This document shows, in pieces, positions 18,705-27,045 of a DNA stretch of 32,000 bases. The position numbers were made by a program, and so were the translations under genes. The DNA comes from Candidatus Arthromitus sp. SFB-mouse-Japan (GTDB lineage: Bacteria; Bacillota; Clostridia; Clostridiales; Clostridiaceae). The notes under the pieces are model-generated. The model worked only from the letters and a program-made list of their open reading frames with translations, searched no databases and was not told where the DNA came from. Each line of letters begins with the position of its first letter. Position 1 is the first letter of the stretch. The stretch lies in assembly GCF_000270205.1 (NCBI RefSeq), contig NC_015913.1:840001-872000 (forward strand). Direction: 5' to 3'.

Positions 18705-20945
18705 TTATATAAAAACATATTTTGATTGTTCCTCATAATCAAGTCCCTTATTTAAAAAATGTTCAATAACTTCTTTCATATTTACCTTAATTACTTTAAA
18801 ATTATATTTTCCATTTCTATATTCATTTGTTATTCCATCATCATAATAATAAGTCCCTTCTGCAACATTTCCATAAACATTAAAAGTTACAGTATTTGGT
18901 CTGTTTTTAGTATTTAAATACTTTTCTTCATAAGTTGGTATTATACTTCCCTCTCTAATAAAAATAATGACTGTATTTAAATCACATTTTAATCTGTATC
19001 TCTGCCCACCATTATAAATTTTATTAGTCATAAAATCATACCATTTACCCTTCGGAAGATAAACAGTTTTATATATTTCACTCTTGTGCAATACAGGAGC
19101 AATTAATATAGAATTTCCAATCATAAATTCTTCTTTCATATTAATAACATTTATATCATTTTGATATTCCATGATTAGAGGCCTAAACATAGGAAGACCA
19201 TATTTATGAGATTCATAAAAACATGTATAGATATAAGGTATTAATCTGTATCTAAGTTCTATAGCATTCCTTGCTATTTTCTCAGCTCTAAAACCAAAAG
19301 ACCATGGCTCCTGCCTTCTTGTATATTTATTTGAATGATTCCTAAAAATAGGAAGAAATGTTCCAACTTGCATCCACCTTATAAATAATTCCTCATCACA
19401 ATCTAGCGAAAATCCCCCAACGTCATTCCCAACAAAAGAAAAACCACTAATTCCTAAGTTACAATTCATAGATATGGACATCCGAAGTTGACTCCATAAA
19501 CTCATATTATCTCCAGTCCAAACTGATGTATATCTTTGACCACCAGAATATATGGCTCTACTCATAGAAAAACTTCTTAAATTTGGATTTAATTCTTCTT
19601 GTGCTTCATAGGAACATCTGCTCATTTCAAATCCATATCTATTATGAAACTCCTTATGCTCTAAAACACCATAATCACTATTATGTATACAATTTTCAGG
19701 TATAGTTTTAAAATCATTATTAAATACACATGGTTCATTCATATCATTCCAAATTCCATCTATATTATAGTCAGATATAAATTTTTTGAGTTCACTCTTC
19801 CACCATTCCCTCGATTGTTTATTTGAAAAATCAGGAAAGGAACTATCATTAGGCCATACAGCTCCAATATATACAGTGCCATCAGGATTCTTTACAAAAT
19901 GATCACCTTCTATACCATTTTTATAAATATTATAATTTTCATCAACTTTTACTCCAGGATCTAATATTGTTATAGTTCTAATTCCTTTATCTTTTAAAGT
20001 TTTTATAAGTGATTTAGCATCTTCAAACTCTGGAACTTTAAAAGTCATAACTCTAAAACCATCCATATAATCTATATCAAAGTAGATTACATCAATCGGA
20101 ATTTCCTTATCTTTAAATGTATTTACTACATTAAGAATTTCTTTACTATTCATATAACTAAATCTATTTTGTTGATATCCGAGACTCCATAATGGTGGCA
20201 TATCCATTTTACCTGTAAGATTTGCATATTCACAAATAACTTTTTTTATATTTTTACCTAATATGAAGTTGTATTGTATATGACCACCTATAGCTCCAAA
20301 AAATATTCTATCTTCATAACTTTTACCCATATCAAAAAAACTTCTAAAGCTGTTATCAAAAAATATTCCATAAGTTTTTTGATCGTTCAATGCAACATAA
20401 AAAGGTATTGTTTTATAATAAACCAATGATTCATCATCTGTCTCTGGATCATCAATATTAAAATTTTCTATATAATAACCCTTTTTATTTAAATCTCCAC
20501 CTTTTTCTCCAAATCCATAGTAAGCATAACAGTCATCAATTTTTGAAATATAAACACATCCATCTTCATCTTTAAATGATGGTTCAAAATCTTCGCATAA
20601 AATTTTGCCAGAAATATCTTTAAACATAACTCTTGAGTCAATTTTGTTAATGCACGTTATTATTTTATCTCCAGATATAACTATTTCATCTTCTATATTA
20701 TGGATTGTAAGAGTTATGTCTTCACTTTTTAATACAGTTGAATTTGTATTTGATTTTTCATCGCAAATACCAGCAATAAATATAGATACAATATTTTGAT
20801 TAATGTATTCCACACAAACTTTTCTAGAATTATAAATTATAGTTGTTACGTTACCTTTTGAAATAAATTTTTCATAAATAAGAGAGTTGCCTTTATATGA
20901 TTTGAATTTTTGATTTAAATGCTCTCTATACTTTAATTGTTCCAT
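18705..20945 (-). CDS. GH31 family glycoside hydrolase (alpha-glucosidase-like), cytoplasmic
   Basis: 746 aa with no signal peptide. The GH31 nucleophile motif DGIWNDMNEP and the acid/base region SVWTGDN are present. RBS AGGAGA is 8 nt upstream of the ATG. Confidence 0.88.
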   Translation of the reverse strand: MEQLKYREHLNQKFKSYKGNSLIYEKFISKGNVTTIIYNSRKVCVEYINQNIVSIFIAGICDEKSNTNSTVLKSEDITLTIHNIEDEIVISGDKIITCINKIDSRVMFKDISGKILCEDFEPSFKDEDGCVYISKIDDCYAYYGFGEKGGDLNKKGYYIENFNIDDPETDDESLVYYKTIPFYVALNDQKTYGIFFDNSFRSFFDMGKSYEDRIFFGAIGGHIQYNFILGKNIKKVICEYANLTGKMDMPPLWSLGYQQNRFSYMNSKEILNVVNTFKDKEIPIDVIYFDIDYMDGFRVMTFKVPEFEDAKSLIKTLKDKGIRTITILDPGVKVDENYNIYKNGIEGDHFVKNPDGTVYIGAVWPNDSSFPDFSNKQSREWWKSELKKFISDYNIDGIWNDMNEPCVFNNDFKTIPENCIHNSDYGVLEHKEFHNRYGFEMSRCSYEAQEELNPNLRSFSMSRAIYSGGQRYTSVWTGDNMSLWSQLRMSISMNCNLGISGFSFVGNDVGGFSLDCDEELFIRWMQVGTFLPIFRNHSNKYTRRQEPWSFGFRAEKIARNAIELRYRLIPYIYTCFYESHKYGLPMFRPLIMEYQNDINVINMKEEFMIGNSILIAPVLHKSEIYKTVYLPKGKWYDFMTNKIYNGGQRYRLKCDLNTVIIFIREGSIIPTYEEKYLNTKNRPNTVTFNVYGNVAEGTYYYDDGITNEYRNGKYNFKVIKVNMKEVIEHFLNKGLDYEEQSKYVFI

Positions 20946-21054
20946 TTTGGTTATCTCCTAAATTTTTCTCTAGTCTAACACAAATATTTAAATATGTTTT
21001 TATCTTGATGTAACAATGTTGAATTTAACCACATAAAGTATAATTTTTTCATAT

Positions 21055-21091
21055 AAAAAAAGCACATGGCTTATAAAATATAGCCAAATGC
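21055..21091 (-). terminator. Rho-independent terminator after pdxT
   Basis: GC-containing imperfect hairpin: GCACATGGC (21062-21070) pairs with GCCAAATGC (21083-21091), with a 2x2 internal mismatch. On the minus strand a run of 7 T follows (21055-21061). Confidence 0.6.
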
Positions 21092-21095
21092 CTTT

Positions 21096-21674
21096 TTATT
21101 CAGATTTGAATTTATAACATTTATCTAAAAAATACTTATGTATCCTATTATCTTTTGTTAATTCTGGATGAAAAGATAATGCAATTTGATTTCCATACTC
21201 AACGCCAACAATCTTATTATCAACTTTACTTAAAATTTTAGCTTTAGGATCTACATAAGATATATAAGGTGCTCGTATGAATCTCATTGGAAAAATTCCA
21301 ATACCTTTAACTTCATGCTCTATGGCAAAACTTCCAATTTGTCTTCCATATGCATTCCTCTTTATTGTCATCGGAATAGTACCAAAACATATATCATTCT
21401 GATCTTCAATTCTTTCTGCAAGAAGTATAGCTCCAGCACAAGTTCCCATAACAGGAAATCCTATTAATATTCTTTCTCTAATATCATCAAATATATCAAG
21501 CTCGTATAAAAGTTTTCTCATCACCGTGCTTTCACCGCCTGGTAATATTATCCCATCAATTTCATTATTCATATGAGATTTTTGTCTTATCTCAAAACAT
21601 TCTATTCCAAGATTATTAAGTACATTTTCATGTTCAATAAAAGCCCCTTGTACAGATAAAACTCCTATTTTCAT
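21096..21674 (-). CDS. pdxT: Pyridoxal 5'-phosphate synthase glutaminase subunit PdxT
   Basis: 192 aa. Class-I glutamine amidotransferase with MGTCAGAILLA (nucleophile Cys) and SFHPELT (catalytic His/Glu). It starts 6 nt after pdxS. Confidence 0.95.
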   Translation of the reverse strand: MKIGVLSVQGAFIEHENVLNNLGIECFEIRQKSHMNNEIDGIILPGGESTVMRKLLYELDIFDDIRERILIGFPVMGTCAGAILLAERIEDQNDICFGTIPMTIKRNAYGRQIGSFAIEHEVKGIGIFPMRFIRAPYISYVDPKAKILSKVDNKIVGVEYGNQIALSFHPELTKDNRIHKYFLDKCYKFKSE

Positions 21675-21680
21675 ATACGA

Positions 21681-22556
21681 TTATCTACCTCTCTCAGACA
21701 TAAGAAGTTCAATTTCATTTGGATTGATTCCAACCATAGCTTCTCCAAGATTTTCTGACAACTTAGCAATTATTTTGCTATCATTATAATTTGCGACAGC
21801 TTGGACAATTGCTGTGGCTCTCTTTACAGGATCTCCAGATTTAAAAATTCCTGATCCTACAAAAACTCCTTCTGCTCCAAGTTGCATCATAAGTGCTGCA
21901 TCCGCAGGTGTAGCAACTCCACCAGCCGCAAAATTAACTACAGGTAATTTTCCATTTTCATGAACATAGCATAAAAGATCATAAGGAACTTGAAGTTCTT
22001 TAGATTTATTATAAAGTTCGTCTTTTCTCATAGATAAAATTTGAGATATTTCACTATTCATTTTTCTTATATGTCGTACTGCTTGTACAATATCTCCTGT
22101 GCCAGGCTCGCCTTTTGTTCTTATCATACTAGCCCCTTCATTGATTCTTCTCAAAGCCTCGCCCAAATCTTTTGCACCACAAACAAAAGGAACACTAAAT
22201 TCTCTTTTATCAATATGGAACACATCATCAGCTGGTGACAAAACTTCACTTTCATCAATATAATCAATCTCTATTGCTTCTAATATTTGTGCTTCTACAA
22301 AATGACCAATACGACACTTTGCCATAACAGGAATAGAAACAGCCTCTTGAATACCTTTTATCATTTTTGGATCACTCATACGAGATACTCCTCCAGCCGC
22401 ACGAATATCAGCAGGTATACGTTCTAAAGCCATAACAGCACAAGCTCCTGATGCTTCAGCGATTTTTGCCTGTTCAGGTGTCGTAACATCCATAATAACT
22501 CCACCTTTTAACATTTGCGCTAACTCTTTATTTAACTCATAACGGTTATTATCCAT
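21681..22556 (-). CDS. pdxS: Pyridoxal 5'-phosphate synthase lyase subunit PdxS
   Basis: 291 aa. The highly conserved PdxS/SNZ sequence is present ([51 protein letters not shown]). Confidence 0.97.
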   Translation of the reverse strand: MDNNRYELNKELAQMLKGGVIMDVTTPEQAKIAEASGACAVMALERIPADIRAAGGVSRMSDPKMIKGIQEAVSIPVMAKCRIGHFVEAQILEAIEIDYIDESEVLSPADDVFHIDKREFSVPFVCGAKDLGEALRRINEGASMIRTKGEPGTGDIVQAVRHIRKMNSEISQILSMRKDELYNKSKELQVPYDLLCYVHENGKLPVVNFAAGGVATPADAALMMQLGAEGVFVGSGIFKSGDPVKRATAIVQAVANYNDSKIIAKLSENLGEAMVGINPNEIELLMSERGR

Positions 22557-22595
22557 TTTTACATGTCCTTTCTTTTAATATTAAATTTGAATATA

Positions 22596-22604
22596 ATTAT
22601 ATCA
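22596..22604 (-). promoter_or_regulatory. Candidate extended -10 promoter for pdxST
   Basis: The minus strand reads TGATATAAT (TGnTATAAT) about 40 nt upstream of the pdxS ATG. The -35 is weak (TTCTTC). Confidence 0.35.
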
Positions 22605-22640
22605 CTCCATGCTATTAAGAAGAACATACAAAAATGTATC

Positions 22641-25600
22641 CTAAGTTAAAATTACTTCTTTAATATTTTTTTCAATATCTTCTTTGTGAATTATTCCAGA
22701 ATATTTATTGAAAAACTCCCTAATTTCCTCAACCAATTGTTGTTTTTTATAATATCTGCTTTCATTTTTATCTCCAAAACGAGAAACTGGTTTCATAATT
22801 TCATTAATTTCTGTGCCTATTGATTTAACCTCAGCATCTCTGAACATATTTTTAATGTATTTCCTAAACAAATCTTCATTTAATCTTTGTTCATTTATAA
22901 GTCTTTTAATGTCTTTTTCCATTTCTTCTGAAACAAATTCTTTCCAATCATTAATTACTTCATCTTCAACATTAACTTTATTAATGAAATCAGTAATAAG
23001 TTTCTTCTTGCTTTTTAACATAAATTTATCAATAAGATCTTTTTTATTCCTCAAATCTGGACTTGATTTTACAGCTTTATCTATTGCAACAAAAATTTCC
23101 TCATCTTTATTATTTGATTCGTGATATTTTATAAGTAAATTTAAAATATAATCGATATTAACTTCAATTTGTTTTACAAGTTCCATTTCAAAAATAATGT
23201 CATCATTAATATTTTCTTTATCATTATTTTCAACATTTCTTACTTTTTCATATAAATCATTGTACTTACCTGTGAAATCTTGAAATTCAATTTCTGTTAA
23301 AATTTCATTTCCTTCAAAATCATCAAAACTTGACAATATATTTCTAAGTTTTAAAATTTCACCGAACAAATATATGAATTCTTTTTCTGCATTCTCTCCA
23401 ATAATTTGGTCAGAAAAATTATTAACTAATTCTTCAATCATTTCCCCGTAACCCCTATGATAATTCCCATTCTCATCTTCATATCCGTAATAATAATCCT
23501 CATAAGTTTTCAAAATTACAGTTTCTCTTATACTATTTCTTTCACTATCATTACCAAAAATAATAAGTGCATCATCTGTTTCCTTTATTAGATCCCTGAA
23601 ACAAACAATATTACCGAATTTCTTTACTGAATCTAATATCCTATTTGTCCTACTAAAGGCTTGAATAAGTCCATGGGCCCTTAAATTTTTATCAACCCAT
23701 AAAGTATTTAAAGTTGTAGCATCGAAACCAGTCAAAAACATATTTACAACAATAAGTAAATCAAGTTTTCTATTTTTCATTTTACGAGAAACGTCTTTAT
23801 AGAAATTTGGGAATTTTTCGCTTGAGGTATCATATGATGTACCAAATTCTTTATTGTAATCTTTTATTGCCATTTCCAAAAAATCTCTTGAAGAATCTGA
23901 AAGTCCATCTGTATCATCAGAATTTTCATCATCCATAAATTCAGCGTTACTTTCTTCATTAACTCCATAGCTATAAATTAGAGATATTTTTAATTTCTTA
24001 CTTGGATCTTCTTCCATTTGCTTTTTGAATTCCAAATAATATTTTTTTGCTGCCTCAATACTTGAAACTGCAAAAATCGAATTAAATCCATTAAATCCAT
24101 AACTTCTTTTTGTTTTTTGATTAAAATGCTCTAGAATATATTCAGTTACAGATGAAATTCTCTGAGGTGCAAGCAAAGCCTTTTCATAATCTATAGCACT
24201 AACTTTCTTGTCTGATATATTTTCTTTTATTTTCATCGTATTTATATAATCAATTTTAAAAGGAAGTACATTTCCATCATTTATGGCATTTACAATTGTA
24301 TAAGTATGAAGTCTATCTCCAAAAACATCTTGAGTTGTCTGCAAATCTTTAAATTTTCCATTAACAGAATTTTCTTCAAAAATTGGTGTTCCTGTAAATC
24401 CAAAAATAAAGTAATTCTTAAACTTCTTTGTAATAGCTCTGTGCATATTTCCAAATTGGTTTCTGTGGCACTCATCAAAAATCATTACAATATTTTTGTT
24501 ATAAATTGGATGATTTTCATTTTTTGAAATGAACCTATCTAATTTTTGAATTGTTGTAATTATAATTTTGTATTCATGGAAATTACCATTTTCATCTTTG
24601 TTCTCTAATTGTCTTTGTAGAGTTTTAGTGTTTTTACTTCCATTTGCCGAACCTTTTTCATAACGTTCATACGCTTCGATTGTTTGATAATCCAAATCCT
24701 TTCTATCAACAACAAATAAAACCTTGTCTATATACTCAAGTCTTGATGAAAGCTGAGAAGTTTTAAAAGATGTTAGAGTTTTTCCACTACCTGTGGTATG
24801 CCAAATATAACCCCCTGCTTTTATAGTTCCCATTTTTTTATAATTTTTAGAAATTTGTATTCGTTTTAATATTTCTTCTGTAGCCATAATTTGATAAGGT
24901 CGCATGACAACTAGTTTATTTTCAGATGTAAATACACAATACTTAGTTAAGATATTTAAAAGTGTGTGTTTTGCAAAAAATGTTCTAGCAAAATCAACAA
25001 GATCTGGAATTATTTTATTTTTACTATCTGCCCAAAAGCTAGTAAACTCGAAGGAATTACTAGTTTTATTCTTTTTGTTGGCTTTTTCCCTATCCTTAAT
25101 TGCAGATTCACGAGTTGTGTTTGAGTAATATTTCGTATTTGTACCGTTTGAGATAACAAAAATTTGTATATATTCATACAAACCGTCTCCAGCCCAAAAA
25201 CTATCTCTTTGATATCTTTCAATCTGATTGAAAGCCTCTTTTAAAGCAACCCCTCTTCGCTTAAGTTCAACATGAACAATAGGAATTCCATTAATAAGTA
25301 TCGTTACATCATATCTATTTTTATATTTTCCATCATCTGTTGAATATTGATTGATAACTTGAAGGAAATTATTATGTATATCTTTTTTGTCAATCAACAA
25401 AATATTTTTACTTGATCCATCATCTCTTTTTAAAATTTGAACAAAATCCTCTTGTATTTTTCTTGACTTTTGTACAATTCCCTCATTTTTATTAGCGATA
25501 CAATCTTTATAAAAATTTTTCCACTCATTATTTGAAAATTTGATATTGTTTAATTTTTCGAGTTGGAATCTTAAATTCGAAATCATTTCTTCAGAAGAAT

Positions 25601-25763
25601 TAATATCTTTTGCATATTGATATCCTTGAGAAGATAAAATTTCTATAAATTCCTTCTCCAAAGATGCTTCACTTTGGTAAGCTCCAGATCGTTTTTTTTG
25701 AGATGTATATTCAGTTACAAGCGTACTTTCATCTGTAGAAACTATAATATTATAATTGCTCAT
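22641..25763 (-). CDS. hsdR: Type I restriction enzyme R subunit (HsdR), Type IC-like size class
   Basis: About 1040 aa. The N-terminal nuclease motif is D...VHVELKRRG (PD-ExK). Helicase motif I is TTGSGKTLTS and motif II is FDECHRNQFG. The track starts at a TTG at 25766. The ATG at 25763 lies 7 nt after AGGGGA. A 91-bp gap separates it from hsdS. Confidence 0.93.
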   Translation of the reverse strand: MSNYNIIVSTDESTLVTEYTSQKKRSGAYQSEASLEKEFIEILSSQGYQYAKDINSSEEMISNLRFQLEKLNNIKFSNNEWKNFYKDCIANKNEGIVQKSRKIQEDFVQILKRDDGSSKNILLIDKKDIHNNFLQVINQYSTDDGKYKNRYDVTILINGIPIVHVELKRRGVALKEAFNQIERYQRDSFWAGDGLYEYIQIFVISNGTNTKYYSNTTRESAIKDREKANKKNKTSNSFEFTSFWADSKNKIIPDLVDFARTFFAKHTLLNILTKYCVFTSENKLVVMRPYQIMATEEILKRIQISKNYKKMGTIKAGGYIWHTTGSGKTLTSFKTSQLSSRLEYIDKVLFVVDRKDLDYQTIEAYERYEKGSANGSKNTKTLQRQLENKDENGNFHEYKIIITTIQKLDRFISKNENHPIYNKNIVMIFDECHRNQFGNMHRAITKKFKNYFIFGFTGTPIFEENSVNGKFKDLQTTQDVFGDRLHTYTIVNAINDGNVLPFKIDYINTMKIKENISDKKVSAIDYEKALLAPQRISSVTEYILEHFNQKTKRSYGFNGFNSIFAVSSIEAAKKYYLEFKKQMEEDPSKKLKISLIYSYGVNEESNAEFMDDENSDDTDGLSDSSRDFLEMAIKDYNKEFGTSYDTSSEKFPNFYKDVSRKMKNRKLDLLIVVNMFLTGFDATTLNTLWVDKNLRAHGLIQAFSRTNRILDSVKKFGNIVCFRDLIKETDDALIIFGNDSERNSIRETVILKTYEDYYYGYEDENGNYHRGYGEMIEELVNNFSDQIIGENAEKEFIYLFGEILKLRNILSSFDDFEGNEILTEIEFQDFTGKYNDLYEKVRNVENNDKENINDDIIFEMELVKQIEVNIDYILNLLIKYHESNNKDEEIFVAIDKAVKSSPDLRNKKDLIDKFMLKSKKKLITDFINKVNVEDEVINDWKEFVSEEMEKDIKRLINEQRLNEDLFRKYIKNMFRDAEVKSIGTEINEIMKPVSRFGDKNESRYYKKQQLVEEIREFFNKYSGIIHKEDIEKNIKEVILT

Positions 25764-25857
25764 CAAACCATCCCCTATAAAAATTATTTATTTCCTAAAA
25801 TATCTTCAAAAAAACCAAAAAATTATCTATATAATAATCGTAATATTTTTATAAACT

Positions 25858-27045
25858 TCAATCTTTATGCTCTGAAATATTTTTAAAAGTCAAAAGTTTG
25901 TCCCTGTAATACTCATATTGTTTCTTCCTCGCATCAATTTCTGCCGGAAGTCCTTCGGATATATCATTACATAATTTATCAAATTTATCGAGAATTGAGA
26001 CTATTCTTTCCTGTTCTGGAAGTGAAGGAACACATACAGGAAATTCAATAATCACATTTTGATTAAGATGTTTTATTGTTCCACCAGTTAACCTACTTCG
26101 TGCAAAATTCATCAATTTGGGTGATCTTAAATAATAAAACAAATATTTACTTAGAACAACACTTTCATCATTGCATCTTACAACAAATATACCACTATTT
26201 AATGTTGATGGTTTTATAAGCTTATTAATATATGCAATTTTTCCTAGCGTACCATCCTTAGTTACTAAAATATCTTTTTCCTTAATCTGAATATTTTTAT
26301 CTTGTAAATACCTTTCTTCTGATACAAAATAACATTTAGAAAAATCAACGCTACCATTTACAAAATTCACACCTGTTATTAGTTGATATTTTCCGTCTAT
26401 TAAATACTCTTCCTTTGTTAAACCTTGCCAACCTATTCTAGCCTTTATTGTTGCAATATCCTTCAATTTTACTCTTTCAATATCATCACCAAAAGTAAGC
26501 AAACTATCTCTATAGAATTCATATTGTTTCCTTCTTGCTGTAAGCTCTGCTGTAAGCTCTGCTGTAAGCTCTGTAAACAAATCTAAAATATGTACAATCT
26601 CTTCTTGTATTTCTAATGGTAGGATTGGGATTTTAATATTACTTATATCTCTTCCATAAACATGAGCAACACCAGCTCCTTTTTTAAGTGAATAAATTAA
26701 ATCCTGTTTATTTTTTAAAAAATAATATGTGTACTTTACACTTAATATGGAATAATCTCTTATATCCACAGTAAAAGAATCCGCACAAAATATTGGTTTG
26801 TCCCAATAACTTACAAATCCCGCATAAGCACCTGAACCAGCTACTGTTATACAATTACCATTCCTATTTGAAACATTGTGATAAAATGCTGGTTTTTGTC
26901 CTCCAGATATTACTGGTACCTCACCCCCAACTGCATTTGTTGATTTTATAGACTGCCCTCTCTTAAAACCACAAAGTTCTCCCAATTCTTTCCACTCAAC
27001 ACCATCAGGACAAAGTTTTTCTATTAACTCATCAAGTCTACTCAC
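25858..27045 (-). CDS. hsdS: Type I restriction-modification specificity subunit (HsdS) with two target-recognition domains (TRDs)
   Basis: Two variable TRDs are separated by a conserved central helix (ILDLFTELTAELTAELTARRKQYEFYRDSLLTF). A homologous C-terminal helix follows (ILDKFDKLCNDISEGLPAEIDARKKQYEYYRDKLLTF). The track starts at a TTG at 27060. I prefer the GTG at 27045, which has GAGGGGGA 5 nt upstream and overlaps the hsdM stop as GTGAGTAG, suggesting translational coupling. Confidence 0.9.
   Translation of the reverse strand: MSRLDELIEKLCPDGVEWKELGELCGFKRGQSIKSTNAVGGEVPVISGGQKPAFYHNVSNRNGNCITVAGSGAYAGFVSYWDKPIFCADSFTVDIRDYSILSVKYTYYFLKNKQDLIYSLKKGAGVAHVYGRDISNIKIPILPLEIQEEIVHILDLFTELTAELTAELTARRKQYEFYRDSLLTFGDDIERVKLKDIATIKARIGWQGLTKEEYLIDGKYQLITGVNFVNGSVDFSKCYFVSEERYLQDKNIQIKEKDILVTKDGTLGKIAYINKLIKPSTLNSGIFVVRCNDESVVLSKYLFYYLRSPKLMNFARSRLTGGTIKHLNQNVIIEFPVCVPSLPEQERIVSILDKFDKLCNDISEGLPAEIDARKKQYEYYRDKLLTFKNISEHKD
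26538..26575 (-). repeat. Perfect 12-bp x 3 tandem repeat inside the hsdS central conserved region (encodes ELTA-ELTA-ELTA / TAEL repeats)
   Basis: The plus strand reads GCTGTAAGCTCT three times (26538-26549, 26550-26561, 26562-26573), followed by a partial unit. The repeat is in frame and encodes the TELTAELTAELTARR segment. Confidence 0.95.

Noticed and set aside
22622-22640. Short hairpin (ATACA-AAAA-TGTAT) just downstream of the hsdR stop, considered as a terminator separating the island from pdxS.
   Set aside because: The stem is only 5 bp and mostly A:T, with no convincing U-tract. It is too weak to call, so read-through from hsdR into pdxS cannot be excluded or asserted.
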